Below are positions 1-8,896 of a stretch of 64,000 bases of DNA, piece after piece. The notes under the pieces were generated by a model, which saw nothing but the letters and a program-made list of their open reading frames with translations, was not told where the DNA came from and did no database searches. How positions within the stretch are numbered: the stretch's first letter is position 1; every line of letters begins with the position of its first letter. Both the position numbers and the translations under genes were made by a program. Source of the DNA: Candidatus Hermodarchaeota archaeon (lineage in GTDB: Archaea; Asgardarchaeota; Thorarchaeia; Thorarchaeales; Thorarchaeaceae); NCBI GenBank assembly GCA_048885865.1, contig JBHLLF010000016.1, positions 1-64,000 of the forward strand, read 5' to 3'.

Positions 1-152
1 TAATCTTCAATGGCAATCGTCAAAGGCAACTGTTCATACAGTTCTTTGGCGGCTTGGCTGTTATTTAGCTCAAACATAATTACATTGCCATTTGCCTGAA
101 TACTGATTTTCGTTTTTGTTACCTCCAATTCTTGGCTAGGTTCATCTTCCAA
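1..152 (-). pseudogene. Partial or 5'-truncated cyclophilin-like fold protein running off the window edge
   Basis: Minus frame reads ...TKISIQANGNVIMFELNNSQAAKELYEQLPLTIAIED, resembling the bacterial cyclophilin-like (Cyclophil_like2) N-terminus. There is no ATG before the conserved part: ACG follows a GGAGG, with TTG at 152 and 128. Confidence 0.5.
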
Positions 153-175
153 TTCATAACTGATAAGATATGGTT

Positions 176-269
176 CTTCCCGCTCGTTCTAAACGGATTA
201 CTTCATGGTCTTAACACATTTGTAGACCGGTGTGCAGAGCTCCTTCATGCGCTCTTTCTCCTCGTTCAT
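176..269 (-). repeat. Diverged copy of the last 24 codons and downstream bases of the DUF35 gene (1496-1590)
   Basis: 198-269 encodes MNEEKERMKELCTPVYKCVKTMK* versus MNEEKERMKELCAPVYEWVKTMK* at 1519-1590; 60/72 nt identical by manual alignment. Confidence 0.92.
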
Positions 270-320
270 CAGGCCGAGCTATATTTCATCTGTAGTACTA
301 AATCACCAGTCATTGATATT

Positions 321-1319
321 TTACATTGGCCAGTAATCAGTCGGAATGAGACCTTCATCCTTTATTGCCTCAGTAAAGTACTTCATGGCAGACTTGTCCT
401 TTCCCTTGTCAAACTCAGCCAGACCAATCATGCAGTTTACAAATGGCCTTGCACAGATCAACTTGGATGAGAATCTATCCTTCGCTAGTTCTGTAATGTT
501 CTTCAGTAATGCCTGACTGTGCTGGATACATCCATCAAAATCACCAGATAAGAGTGCAATTAACGATACACCGAGATGACTCCAAATGTACTGAACAGCA
601 TATTGTGAAGGCAATTTCACCCGTCGAGGATCTGTGAGCTTTAAGAGCTCATTAAGATGGGCTGCTGCATCTTGAAGGTTTTGCTGCTGAATTTGCAGCA
701 ATCCACGACAGAGCACAACAGAAGTCACGAAGAGATCTCTCAATCCACCTGTGATAGCAAGACTCTCTCTGGTCAATTGATTAGTTAATGCAACGACATC
801 AATATCTCGATTACATGCAACCAGAATTGGTGCATGAGTCAATTTGAGAAGACATTCATTAAATGGGTCCAGTCGCAGTCTCATCCTATGTTCTCGAGCT
901 GCTTGGATGTTGTGTCGCCCAATCTCGGAGAAGGACATTTTAGACATTTCAAATGGATGAATTCCTGATCCTTTGAAAAGAAGATATTTGTCATAATATT
1001 TCTCTGCCCGTTCATACTCACCCTGAACAAGCATGACATAGATTTTCTTGTGGTGAACATCAAATGGTTGGTCTTTAACACTTCTTGACTTGAAGGCCCC
1101 CTTGACAATCTCTTCCCCTTTTCTTGCAGTCCATGATGCAATGAAACCATTTGCAAAATGGTTACTCATCCACGCAGGTCTCTTTGGAAGGAGCTGTATA
1201 GATTTTCGGAAATGTTCCTCAATCGCCTCAACTTTCTTGAATTGGCAACCTAGTAGATAGTGTGCGACAAAGTCATCAGGGTTTTTCGCAAGCTCCTCAA
1301 TTAAGTCAGCAGAGTTCAT
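321..1319 (-). CDS. TPR-like alpha-helical repeat protein
   Basis: 332-aa ORF with TPR-like segments (NPDDFVAHYLLG...EEHFRKSIQLLP; GEYERAEKYY). Confidence 0.6.
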   Translation of the reverse strand: MNSADLIEELAKNPDDFVAHYLLGCQFKKVEAIEEHFRKSIQLLPKRPAWMSNHFANGFIASWTARKGEEIVKGAFKSRSVKDQPFDVHHKKIYVMLVQGEYERAEKYYDKYLLFKGSGIHPFEMSKMSFSEIGRHNIQAAREHRMRLRLDPFNECLLKLTHAPILVACNRDIDVVALTNQLTRESLAITGGLRDLFVTSVVLCRGLLQIQQQNLQDAAAHLNELLKLTDPRRVKLPSQYAVQYIWSHLGVSLIALLSGDFDGCIQHSQALLKNITELAKDRFSSKLICARPFVNCMIGLAEFDKGKDKSAMKYFTEAIKDEGLIPTDYWPM

Positions 1320-1474
1320 CCCACAATCCCTTGAGTAACTAGGGTATTTCTCGAATATATCTGTTAAGTTGGTTTACCAGGGATTAACTAAAGGAAGGTA
1401 AAATGACCCCCGAGTGATATGAAGGAACAGAAACCATAATGACTGTGTTGAATGGACATATGAAGAAAAACAAG

Positions 1475-1509
1475 GAATGAGGGGGAAGATGTCAACTTCC
1501 CTCTCGTTC
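1475..1509 (-). terminator. Stem-loop plus U-tract downstream of the DUF35 gene
   Basis: GAATGAGGGGGAAG/CTTCCCTCTCGTTC imperfect inverted repeat, followed on the minus strand by TGTTTTTCTT. Confidence 0.55.
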
Positions 1510-1518
1510 AGTATGGAA

Positions 1519-2184
1519 TTACTTCATTGTCTTGACCCATTCGTAGACAGGTGCGCATAACTCTTTCATGCGCTCCTTCTCTTCATTCATGGGACCTGGC
1601 TTCCAGCCATCCGCTGGCTCGAAGTGCCAGTCTGTGACTGTGCCTTGTCGCTCGTTCTTTGGCTTCCAAACAACCTTGACAGGCATACCAAATTCTGCAT
1701 CCCATGGATCGATGCCACGCAGTTCGTTCGCGATTGCTGTCTTGCAGCCATCAACGATGACATAGGCCAGTACAAAGGGCAGGCGCTTCAGTGAAGACTT
1801 TCCACTCCACCCAGCAATCGTAAAGGTATGGACGATTCCTTCCTCCTTGAGCTTGATCCATTCCGTTTTTTCGAGGTTATCATCAAGGTTCCAGCAGTTC
1901 ACCCTCGGCGGGAAGAACTTGTCACCGCACTTTGGACACCTTGTACCCCAGAACTCACCGTCGACAAAGCCTTTGCCAAGCTTGGAAACCTCTGCGTACT
2001 TCCAGTAGTACAACTGGTCATAATGTAGGTAGACCTTGAACTGTTCCTCTTTCGAGTCCCAATCATAGCCCATAAAACCAATACCGGTTTCCTTGACATC
2101 GCCGCGGAACTCATCAGAGTGTTTGTCATCCCACTCCACGTCAGTATGCCCTGGAATCTTGTGCATTCTCTTGTCCTTGGTCAT
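1519..2184 (-). CDS. DUF35 family Zn-ribbon/OB-fold protein (thiolase partner)
   Basis: GTRCPKCG..FFPPR..C motif, OB-fold GIVHTFT..PFVLAYV..GMPVKVVW; directly downstream of the thiolase-fold gene. Confidence 0.9.
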   Translation of the reverse strand: MTKDKRMHKIPGHTDVEWDDKHSDEFRGDVKETGIGFMGYDWDSKEEQFKVYLHYDQLYYWKYAEVSKLGKGFVDGEFWGTRCPKCGDKFFPPRVNCWNLDDNLEKTEWIKLKEEGIVHTFTIAGWSGKSSLKRLPFVLAYVIVDGCKTAIANELRGIDPWDAEFGMPVKVVWKPKNERQGTVTDWHFEPADGWKPGPMNEEKERMKELCAPVYEWVKTMK

Positions 2185-2186
2185 CT

Positions 2187-3464
2187 CTATGGCCTCCTCA
2201 GAATGAAGTTCGAGATACTGGTTCCAGTACCTGCATGGCTGTTGACAAGACCGGTGTTTGCATCTTTCACATAGGTCTTGGAACTCAAGTGCTTCTTTGG
2301 TGCGGTGTCATTCAGATGATACATGCACTCGACCGCAGACATGATACCTGTAGCACCCACGGGATGGCCATATCCCATCAGACCTCCACCGATGTTTGTG
2401 GGGACTTCGCCATCAAGAAAGGTTTCTTTGTCACGAATGAAACTCTTCATGTTGTCCTTGTCGCACCAATGGAGTGCTTTGTAAATCTGAACCTCGGAGG
2501 AGCTAAAGGCATCGTGGATCTCAGCCACATCGAGCTCTTTCGCCGCTTTCTTGTATTCAATACCAGCCATATCGTATGCAACCTCTCCAGACCGTCGACA
2601 GGCTGCGAACTCAGTCATGTCAGGATACCCCTTTCCGTACATCTTATTCCAGTTCGGAAAGTCAATACGGTCTCCGGCACGAATCGTGCAGCTACTAAGG
2701 CCAGCCCCATCGATGACAACATAGTTGTTCGGAGCATGCTTCTTCGCCCATTCCTCACTTGTAATCAATGCAAATGCCCCACCTCGACTCATGAGGCAAC
2801 AATCAAGTCGCTTCAACGGGTAGCTAATGAGACGGCTCTCCATCACGTCTTCGATAGTCAGGGTCTTCTTATGGTAACGAGACTTCGGATTGGTGTAGTC
2901 ACTCCGGTACCACTGAGACTTCTCATTGTCCGCTGCGTAGTTCCTGTTCTTCATCGCAGCATAGGCGAAGTCTTCTTCTGTGAGACCGTTCTCCTTCATG
3001 AATTTGTAGGCCATTGCAGCGTAGTAAATCGGGTATATTCCACCAGCCAGAGCCTCGTAGCGTGTGTCGGATGCAAGGGCTATGAACTCTGAGCCCTGTG
3101 ACTGGGTGACATTGTCCATTGTTTCCCAACCTGCTACTCCAACAACATCGAAGAGACCAGACTTTATTGCAAGGAAAGCACCGTAGAGGGCAGACCCTCC
3201 AGTGTTTCCGCCGTTCTCAATTCGCACATGCGGAAGTCCGACTAGTCCCAGGTGATCATGAACAATCCACTCCGGACAGAGTTGTTTGCCAAAATGAACT
3301 GAAAAGTGAGAATAGACCATAAACTCTAGGTCTTGTAAGTGAAAATCGGGTACATCCCCCTGAGTTTCCACTATTGCGTTGGCAATCATTCCTTCCGGGG
3401 TTATATGCATGGGATAGTCGAAAGGCGTTACCGCACCGCCTGCGATACAGACTTTTCGACTCAT
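2187..3464 (-). CDS. Thiolase-fold protein (SCP2-thiolase/Ltp2-like), nucleophile Cys absent
   Basis: EIHDAF and GHPVGATG motifs; ENGGNTG where ENACASG is expected. Likely start MSRKVCIAG at 3464. Confidence 0.88.
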   Translation of the reverse strand: MSRKVCIAGGAVTPFDYPMHITPEGMIANAIVETQGDVPDFHLQDLEFMVYSHFSVHFGKQLCPEWIVHDHLGLVGLPHVRIENGGNTGGSALYGAFLAIKSGLFDVVGVAGWETMDNVTQSQGSEFIALASDTRYEALAGGIYPIYYAAMAYKFMKENGLTEEDFAYAAMKNRNYAADNEKSQWYRSDYTNPKSRYHKKTLTIEDVMESRLISYPLKRLDCCLMSRGGAFALITSEEWAKKHAPNNYVVIDGAGLSSCTIRAGDRIDFPNWNKMYGKGYPDMTEFAACRRSGEVAYDMAGIEYKKAAKELDVAEIHDAFSSSEVQIYKALHWCDKDNMKSFIRDKETFLDGEVPTNIGGGLMGYGHPVGATGIMSAVECMYHLNDTAPKKHLSSKTYVKDANTGLVNSHAGTGTSISNFILRRP

Positions 3465-3649
3465 TTGAATCACTAAATCCTCATTCTCCCACCTATAGCG
3501 GTGGTCGATTTCTACGCCAATTCGATTTATACTGGTACTTAATAGCTTCGGCCAAAGGAAAGCGGGCAGATTCGGTAATCTATACTGCTTCAGCATGAAG
3601 ACACCAAGTGCGCTGTCGCCAATACATAAATCGAGCCAGCCTGCAGAAG

Positions 3650-4168
3650 ATGTCGATGAAATTGAAAGTCATAGATTTGGCCAAGAGTCTAGCCGCGTCC
3701 ACTAGAGATTGGCGTGAGAGATCTCTTCGAAACCTGCAAGAGGAAGGATGCATTGACCTTTCATATCGACCCAAATCAGGAATGTCAGCTATAGGATGGA
3801 TACTCGTCCATCAGGCAGCGGCCTATGATTATACGCTGAATATGTTGATCAAAGACAAGCCTCCCAGAAATCCAGAACTCTTTTACAAATACAGAGGAGA
3901 TAGTGAGGATCCAGGAGATTGGTCAGGGCATTCACTCCAGGAAATCAATGGGTATTACGACTCAGTAGAGAAGGACTTCCTTGATTGGGTAGCAGAGCTC
4001 TCCGATAAAGAACTGAACAGCGTGCTAGAGGAACCAAGAATTCCACAGTTCTTTAGGGGAATGCGAATCGTGGATGTGATTGCATTTACTTTCACACACC
4101 TGAACCACCACAACGGGCACCTCAGTGCAATCAAGGGCGATTGGTGCAAGCATGACAAAATCAAGTAG
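3650..4168 (+). CDS. DinB/YfiT family metal-dependent protein
   Basis: AIGWILVHQ and HLNHHNGHL His motifs. Confidence 0.8.
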   Translation: MSMKLKVIDLAKSLAASTRDWRERSLRNLQEEGCIDLSYRPKSGMSAIGWILVHQAAAYDYTLNMLIKDKPPRNPELFYKYRGDSEDPGDWSGHSLQEINGYYDSVEKDFLDWVAELSDKELNSVLEEPRIPQFFRGMRIVDVIAFTFTHLNHHNGHLSAIKGDWCKHDKIK

Positions 4169-4257
4169 CAGCGGCAATGAAAAATAGAAATCTCCAAGAC
4201 ATGCAGCACCTGTCAATAGGAGCCGCATGCTTGAAGGATTGAATCAAAGATCATTGA

Positions 4258-5028
4258 CTAGACTGCTTTCGCATTTGCTCTGACAATCTCTTCGACCTTG
4301 TCGAGCTTTGCCTGTATGTCAGGGTCCTTGATATTGACCACGATTGAAACATCGACATCAGCAATCTGTTCGTTGCCTTTCTTGTCTTGGTAAGGCACAT
4401 CGACCTTGTAGTTTACACGGTCATTCTGCTTTGCCCTGAATCCCTTAGCCTCTTGTTCAATTTCATAGCCGCCCTTGATGGGGTACAGAACACCATAGTT
4501 CACCATCTGGACCGACTCGGCCGAAATAGACTTAGTAATCTGTTCCATGATAGATTTGTTATACATATAGCTGCCCAACTGTATCAGGCTCAGGAAAGCG
4601 AACACTCCGCCTCCACTCACTCTTGCTTTCTTTGCTTCTTGTACACCAGTAGCTATGACACGATAGTTAGACACGAAGACCTGGCCCTTAATCACAGACT
4701 TGCCAGTCTCAACCCAACCATCGCAAACCACAGCGAATTCCTCACCTGGTAGTTTGCAGAAGTTCTGGACGAAGAATCTCTCGAATTCTGCAAGTTTATC
4801 TGCTTTCCTTGCGCGCATCATTTTATCAAACAGAATGTATGCCTTTTCTGAGAACATCGCAGGATCAATTAGAATAGCATCCTTCATGATTTCACCAAAA
4901 ATCTGAAACTCTGAAGTTTCAATCTTTTCGAAAGCTTTTCTCAATTCATTTCCGACGTCGCCAGATTTTCCTTTGTTCATTTTCTCCATTACTTCTTTTC
5001 TCAGTTTTTCAAAGTCAACTTTTCCCAT
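4258..5028 (-). CDS. Hypothetical protein with possible PH/GRAM-like domain
   Basis: Long ORF; LPGE..GQVFVSNYRVI segment resembles GRAM/bPH motifs. Confidence 0.55.
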   Translation of the reverse strand: MGKVDFEKLRKEVMEKMNKGKSGDVGNELRKAFEKIETSEFQIFGEIMKDAILIDPAMFSEKAYILFDKMMRARKADKLAEFERFFVQNFCKLPGEEFAVVCDGWVETGKSVIKGQVFVSNYRVIATGVQEAKKARVSGGGVFAFLSLIQLGSYMYNKSIMEQITKSISAESVQMVNYGVLYPIKGGYEIEQEAKGFRAKQNDRVNYKVDVPYQDKKGNEQIADVDVSIVVNIKDPDIQAKLDKVEEIVRANAKAV

Positions 5029-5140
5029 TCCAAAAACCTCGTGATGGCTATTTGCTAGGTTCGAAGCCAATTCGTGTGAGGAATATTAAGCGTAATGTGG
5101 ATGTGCTATAATAGTAGCATAGTTTTACTACTAATTTGAA

Positions 5141-6073
5141 TCAAGGAATGCTTCGGTTTCTTATCTGATACCATCTCAAGGCACCAATAGGAATTATGAT
5201 CAGAAGGCAAATCACAAGATCACCAACTATTTCCATAAAGAAGCTAAGCTCAAGGGGATCAAGCCAAAGTCTACCTAGACCCATCATCTTGACCAAGGGG
5301 AAGATGAGCAGAACTCCGAAGACTCTCTTGAGTTGTACTGCATCTATTTTGCACGCGTATCTAGGGCCAATCTCTCCGCCAACAATCATACCAATCCCCA
5401 TAGCAAGCCCATAGAATGCGAATGTTGTAAAGTCGCCATATTGAGGGAGCATGAGATAGTTCATGATTGTGCCGGAACCTGTGGTGAAAATCATGGTGAA
5501 CATGGAAGTAGCCGCTGCTATGAGAATAGGCATTCCTAGCAAAATGCACAACACAGGAACGATTATGACGCCGCCACCTAAGCCCAGTAGACCTGACGCC
5601 ACTCCGCCCACCAGAATTCCCAGAAATGCAAGGCCTTGGCGAGCTTTGCTTGTTTGATTGACATCGAATGCCGCCATTTGGGAAGGGTGGTCTTCTCTTT
5701 CCGTCCTCTCAGCAAAAAGCATCATCAAGGCCGCAGGAAAGAGAAGAATACCAAATATCACACGCAGAATGATATCATCGCCAATTGATGTTCTCAGGAT
5801 AACACCCAATAGAGAAGAGGGAACAGTAACAACGGCTAACAACAGTCCCATACGAATAAGGATCGGATTTGGTTTGTATCGTGCAAAGGCAGCAGTGCTC
5901 ACGATGGCGACAAAAAACGCTGAGAATAATGAGGCAGCTGCAGCCATCTCAGCACCTAATCCAAAAACTATGATTAGCAGGGGGGTTCTGTACGTCCCTC
6001 CGCTCATTCCAACTGAGGCCATCAATCCAATAGCAGAAGCAATTCCTGATACGATGATGAATTCGATGGCCAT
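5141..6073 (-). CDS. TauE/SafE family (TSUP) permease
   Basis: Multi-TM protein with GMSGG..TP and GLLGLGGGVIIVP repeats. Confidence 0.88.
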   Translation of the reverse strand: MAIEFIIVSGIASAIGLMASVGMSGGTYRTPLLIIVFGLGAEMAAAASLFSAFFVAIVSTAAFARYKPNPILIRMGLLLAVVTVPSSLLGVILRTSIGDDIILRVIFGILLFPAALMMLFAERTEREDHPSQMAAFDVNQTSKARQGLAFLGILVGGVASGLLGLGGGVIIVPVLCILLGMPILIAAATSMFTMIFTTGSGTIMNYLMLPQYGDFTTFAFYGLAMGIGMIVGGEIGPRYACKIDAVQLKRVFGVLLIFPLVKMMGLGRLWLDPLELSFFMEIVGDLVICLLIIIPIGALRWYQIRNRSIP

Positions 6074-6216
6074 TGCCTGCAGGTGTTTCGCCCCCTTATA
6101 ATCATTATTCACAATAGTTAATTATTCCATAGAGTTGTGCCCTAAGGAGGGCTTATATAATTCATGCAATTGGCACAAATTGCACTTTTTTTGTGGAGGA
6201 TGGAGTTGACCATGAA

Positions 6217-6330
6217 ATGGAAGATCGAAGAAGAAGAGTGGCATTAATTGTCTGCATCATCACGGCAATCATTGTGACTGTATTCCTTACTCAAAGCCTC
6301 AAAGCAATAGTGAGTGGGATAGAACATTGA
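6217..6330 (+). CDS. Unlisted 37-aa single-pass membrane protein
   Basis: MEDRRRRVALIVCIITAIIVTVFLTQSLKAIVSGIEH*; GGAGTTGA SD-like site at 6202-6209; TTATATAA at 6153-6160. Confidence 0.55.
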   Translation: MEDRRRRVALIVCIITAIIVTVFLTQSLKAIVSGIEH

Positions 6331-6334
6331 TTGA

Positions 6335-7093
6335 TTATCGCGACGTAAATCCCCCATCCACGGGGAGAACAGCTCCAGTGATGAAAGACGACTCATCTGA
6401 AGCCAAGAAAAGCGCGGTATAGGCTACTTCTTCCGAAGTACCAAAGCGACCAACAGGGTAGTTCTTCAGCCGTCGCTCCCGAACTTCTTTCGGATCACCT
6501 TGCATCTGGATCACTCTTTCCAACATCGGGGTTTCGATTGCACCGGGACATATACAGTTGACTCTAACGTTGCCAGGACCGAGATCCACTGCAAGTGCTT
6601 TTGTTAGAGAGATGATCCCACCTTTTGCTGCAGAGTAGCTTGGAGAAAAGGAACCAACTAGGCCAGCGGCTGATGAATTGTTGATTATGACGCCCTTTCC
6701 TTTTTTCTCCATTTGTGGAAGAGCATGCTTGATACACAGAAAGGCAGACTTCAAATTGACACTGACCGACCTGTCCCACTCCTCCTCCGTTGTATATTGC
6801 AGACTCTTCACGACCTCCACGCCTGCGTTGTTGAAGAGGACATCTACCCCCCCGAGTTCTTCTGCCTTAGCAAACACGGATACGACATCCTCTTGCTTTG
6901 ACACGTCAGCTTTAACGAAATAAGCTGCACCTCCAGACTCCCTAATCGCAGCTTCGACCTCAGCCCCTTGAATGGCATCAATATCTGCACCAACCACAGT
7001 AGCCCCCTCCTCTGCAAACAATAGGGCAGACGCTCGACCAATTCCCGCACTTACTCCGGTAATAACCGCTATTCTATTCTCAAGTCGCCCCAC
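6335..7093 (-). CDS. Short-chain dehydrogenase/reductase
   Basis: TGVSAGIG, NNAG, YSAAK and VDGG motifs. Confidence 0.95.
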   Translation of the reverse strand: MGRLENRIAVITGVSAGIGRASALLFAEEGATVVGADIDAIQGAEVEAAIRESGGAAYFVKADVSKQEDVVSVFAKAEELGGVDVLFNNAGVEVVKSLQYTTEEEWDRSVSVNLKSAFLCIKHALPQMEKKGKGVIINNSSAAGLVGSFSPSYSAAKGGIISLTKALAVDLGPGNVRVNCICPGAIETPMLERVIQMQGDPKEVRERRLKNYPVGRFGTSEEVAYTALFLASDESSFITGAVLPVDGGFTSR

Positions 7094-7098
7094 TTCTC

Positions 7099-7923
7099 TC
7101 AGTCCTCCTGCTCGAGCCAGAACTTAGCAACCTCTATTGGAGTTGCTATCCAAACATCTCCATCTGTCTTCATCTTGATAATCAGGTTCTCAAGCATTTT
7201 GGCTCTTGAAGGGACACCCATGATTTGAGGATGCATCACGAGCATCATGTAGAGACCCTCCTCGTAGACAGCCTCAAACTCATCATACCAGATCTCGTAT
7301 ACCTTCCTATGGCTGTCGATGCCACTCTGATACTCAAGAGGGGGAAAGTAATTGAACCCAAAGAATGCCCAGTCGTCTAGAATCCACTTGAAAGGAAGCT
7401 CAACCATCCTCTTTCCGCCCACCTCCACGACATAGGGAAGGTCATCTCCCATCATTGTGCTATCGTACATGAAATCATACTCAGCCAAGAGCGAGTATGT
7501 GTTTTCGCTCATGTCTGCGGCTGGTGCACGATAGCCTTGAGGTTTCTCTGGAATCAGTGAATCTAGAGCTGCAAAGCCCTGCTCAAGCTCCTTGCGTTCC
7601 TCTTGAATGCCAAGGCTGGCTGGATTCCGATGAGAATATCCATGATGCCCAATCTCATGACCTTGACTGGCAATATCCTTCACACTATCAGGATAACGTT
7701 CAGCTACTTCCCCTGGAATATAGAAGCATGCTTTTACATTATGTTTGTCCAGAAGCCTCAATATACGTGGAAGCGCCGCTCTTGGACCATACTGCCCAAG
7801 TGAGAGAACTACTGGATTATCACGTTCAATCCTATTGCGTCTCAAGATATTGCGCCAAGAAATATCTGCATCAAGGTCAAAGGTTAGGCAAACTGCGCAT
7901 TTCGCTCCATTTTTCCACTCCAT
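7099..7923 (-). CDS. Polysaccharide deacetylase family (CE4, PuuE/PgdA-like) amidohydrolase
   Basis: TFDLDAD, HEIGHHGYSH, GYRAP and VMHP motifs; no signal peptide. Confidence 0.9.
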   Translation of the reverse strand: MEWKNGAKCAVCLTFDLDADISWRNILRRNRIERDNPVVLSLGQYGPRAALPRILRLLDKHNVKACFYIPGEVAERYPDSVKDIASQGHEIGHHGYSHRNPASLGIQEERKELEQGFAALDSLIPEKPQGYRAPAADMSENTYSLLAEYDFMYDSTMMGDDLPYVVEVGGKRMVELPFKWILDDWAFFGFNYFPPLEYQSGIDSHRKVYEIWYDEFEAVYEEGLYMMLVMHPQIMGVPSRAKMLENLIIKMKTDGDVWIATPIEVAKFWLEQED

Positions 7924-7996
7924 AATTGATTCTTCCTTTATTCAAGGTCTTAAATCACATTGGTCAGCGAAAAGCATATCGCATGACTGAGTTGAT

Positions 7997-8896
7997 CTAG
8001 ACTCTCCACTCACGGATGCTCTTCTGCACCTTCAATTCACCTAGCGTTTTGAGAATCTCACCTTCCTTGAACCTCTCATAGACGGGGAACTTCATGTTGA
8101 GAGGAGAATCCCTGAGACTTTTCCAAAGCGGCGTTATACCAAATGACCCATTCTGACGAATCCAGGCGACTTTATCCAGGTCGATGACTTCTGTCATAAT
8201 CTCCTCATGCGTGCCAACCTGCTGCAATACCCTGCCCTCTGGGTCTGCGAATATGGAAAGTCCTCCGCCTTTGGAACTAACGACGTTCGAGTTGAGGACA
8301 TAGCATTGGTGCATGATTGCTTGAGCAGGTACCAGAATCAACTCTGCTTGTCGGTCAGGCGTATAGGTCGCAGACGGCTGGAGAATGACATCAGCACCCA
8401 TCCATGCTAGCGTTCTGAATATCTCAGGAAACCACAAGTCATAGCAGATGACAAGACCCACTCTCGCGATTCCTGGAATATCGAAGGTCACGAAATCCGT
8501 CCCAAAATTCGTATCCTCAAAAGGCATCCAGGGATAGATCTTTCTATACTTAGCCACGAGTTCTCCTTTTGGATCGAATGCAATGGCCGTATTGAATATC
8601 CTGTCACCATCCTTTTCCAGAAATGAACCGGGCACAAACCAGCATTCAGTATCCCTAGCGATTTCTGAAAGTTTCTCCGTCATAGTATTTGGTATTGGTT
8701 GAGCCAATTCTTTCCAATCATCTTTTCCATACTGTTGGAGATATAGTTCTCCTGTGAAGACCAGATCAACCCACGGATAGGTTTTCCGTACCGACCTGGT
8801 TGTTTGTTCGAGATTGCTAAAGTTCTTGTCTTCATCATACGGATCTTTTTCTAGCTGGAGTCCAGCAACTCCAAGACATCTTCCCATTTTCATCAC
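7997..8896 (-). CDS. Carbon-nitrogen hydrolase (nitrilase/amidase family)
   Basis: Catalytic triad E (GELY), K (YRK), C (ICYDLWFPE). Confidence 0.93.
   Translation of the reverse strand: MMKMGRCLGVAGLQLEKDPYDEDKNFSNLEQTTRSVRKTYPWVDLVFTGELYLQQYGKDDWKELAQPIPNTMTEKLSEIARDTECWFVPGSFLEKDGDRIFNTAIAFDPKGELVAKYRKIYPWMPFEDTNFGTDFVTFDIPGIARVGLVICYDLWFPEIFRTLAWMGADVILQPSATYTPDRQAELILVPAQAIMHQCYVLNSNVVSSKGGGLSIFADPEGRVLQQVGTHEEIMTEVIDLDKVAWIRQNGSFGITPLWKSLRDSPLNMKFPVYERFKEGEILKTLGELKVQKSIREWRV

Noticed and set aside
2235-3092. 285-aa plus-strand ORF and other long antisense ORFs (e.g. 25820-26575, 47290-47814)
   Set aside because: Shadow frames of well-supported genes on the opposite strand, with no motifs of their own.
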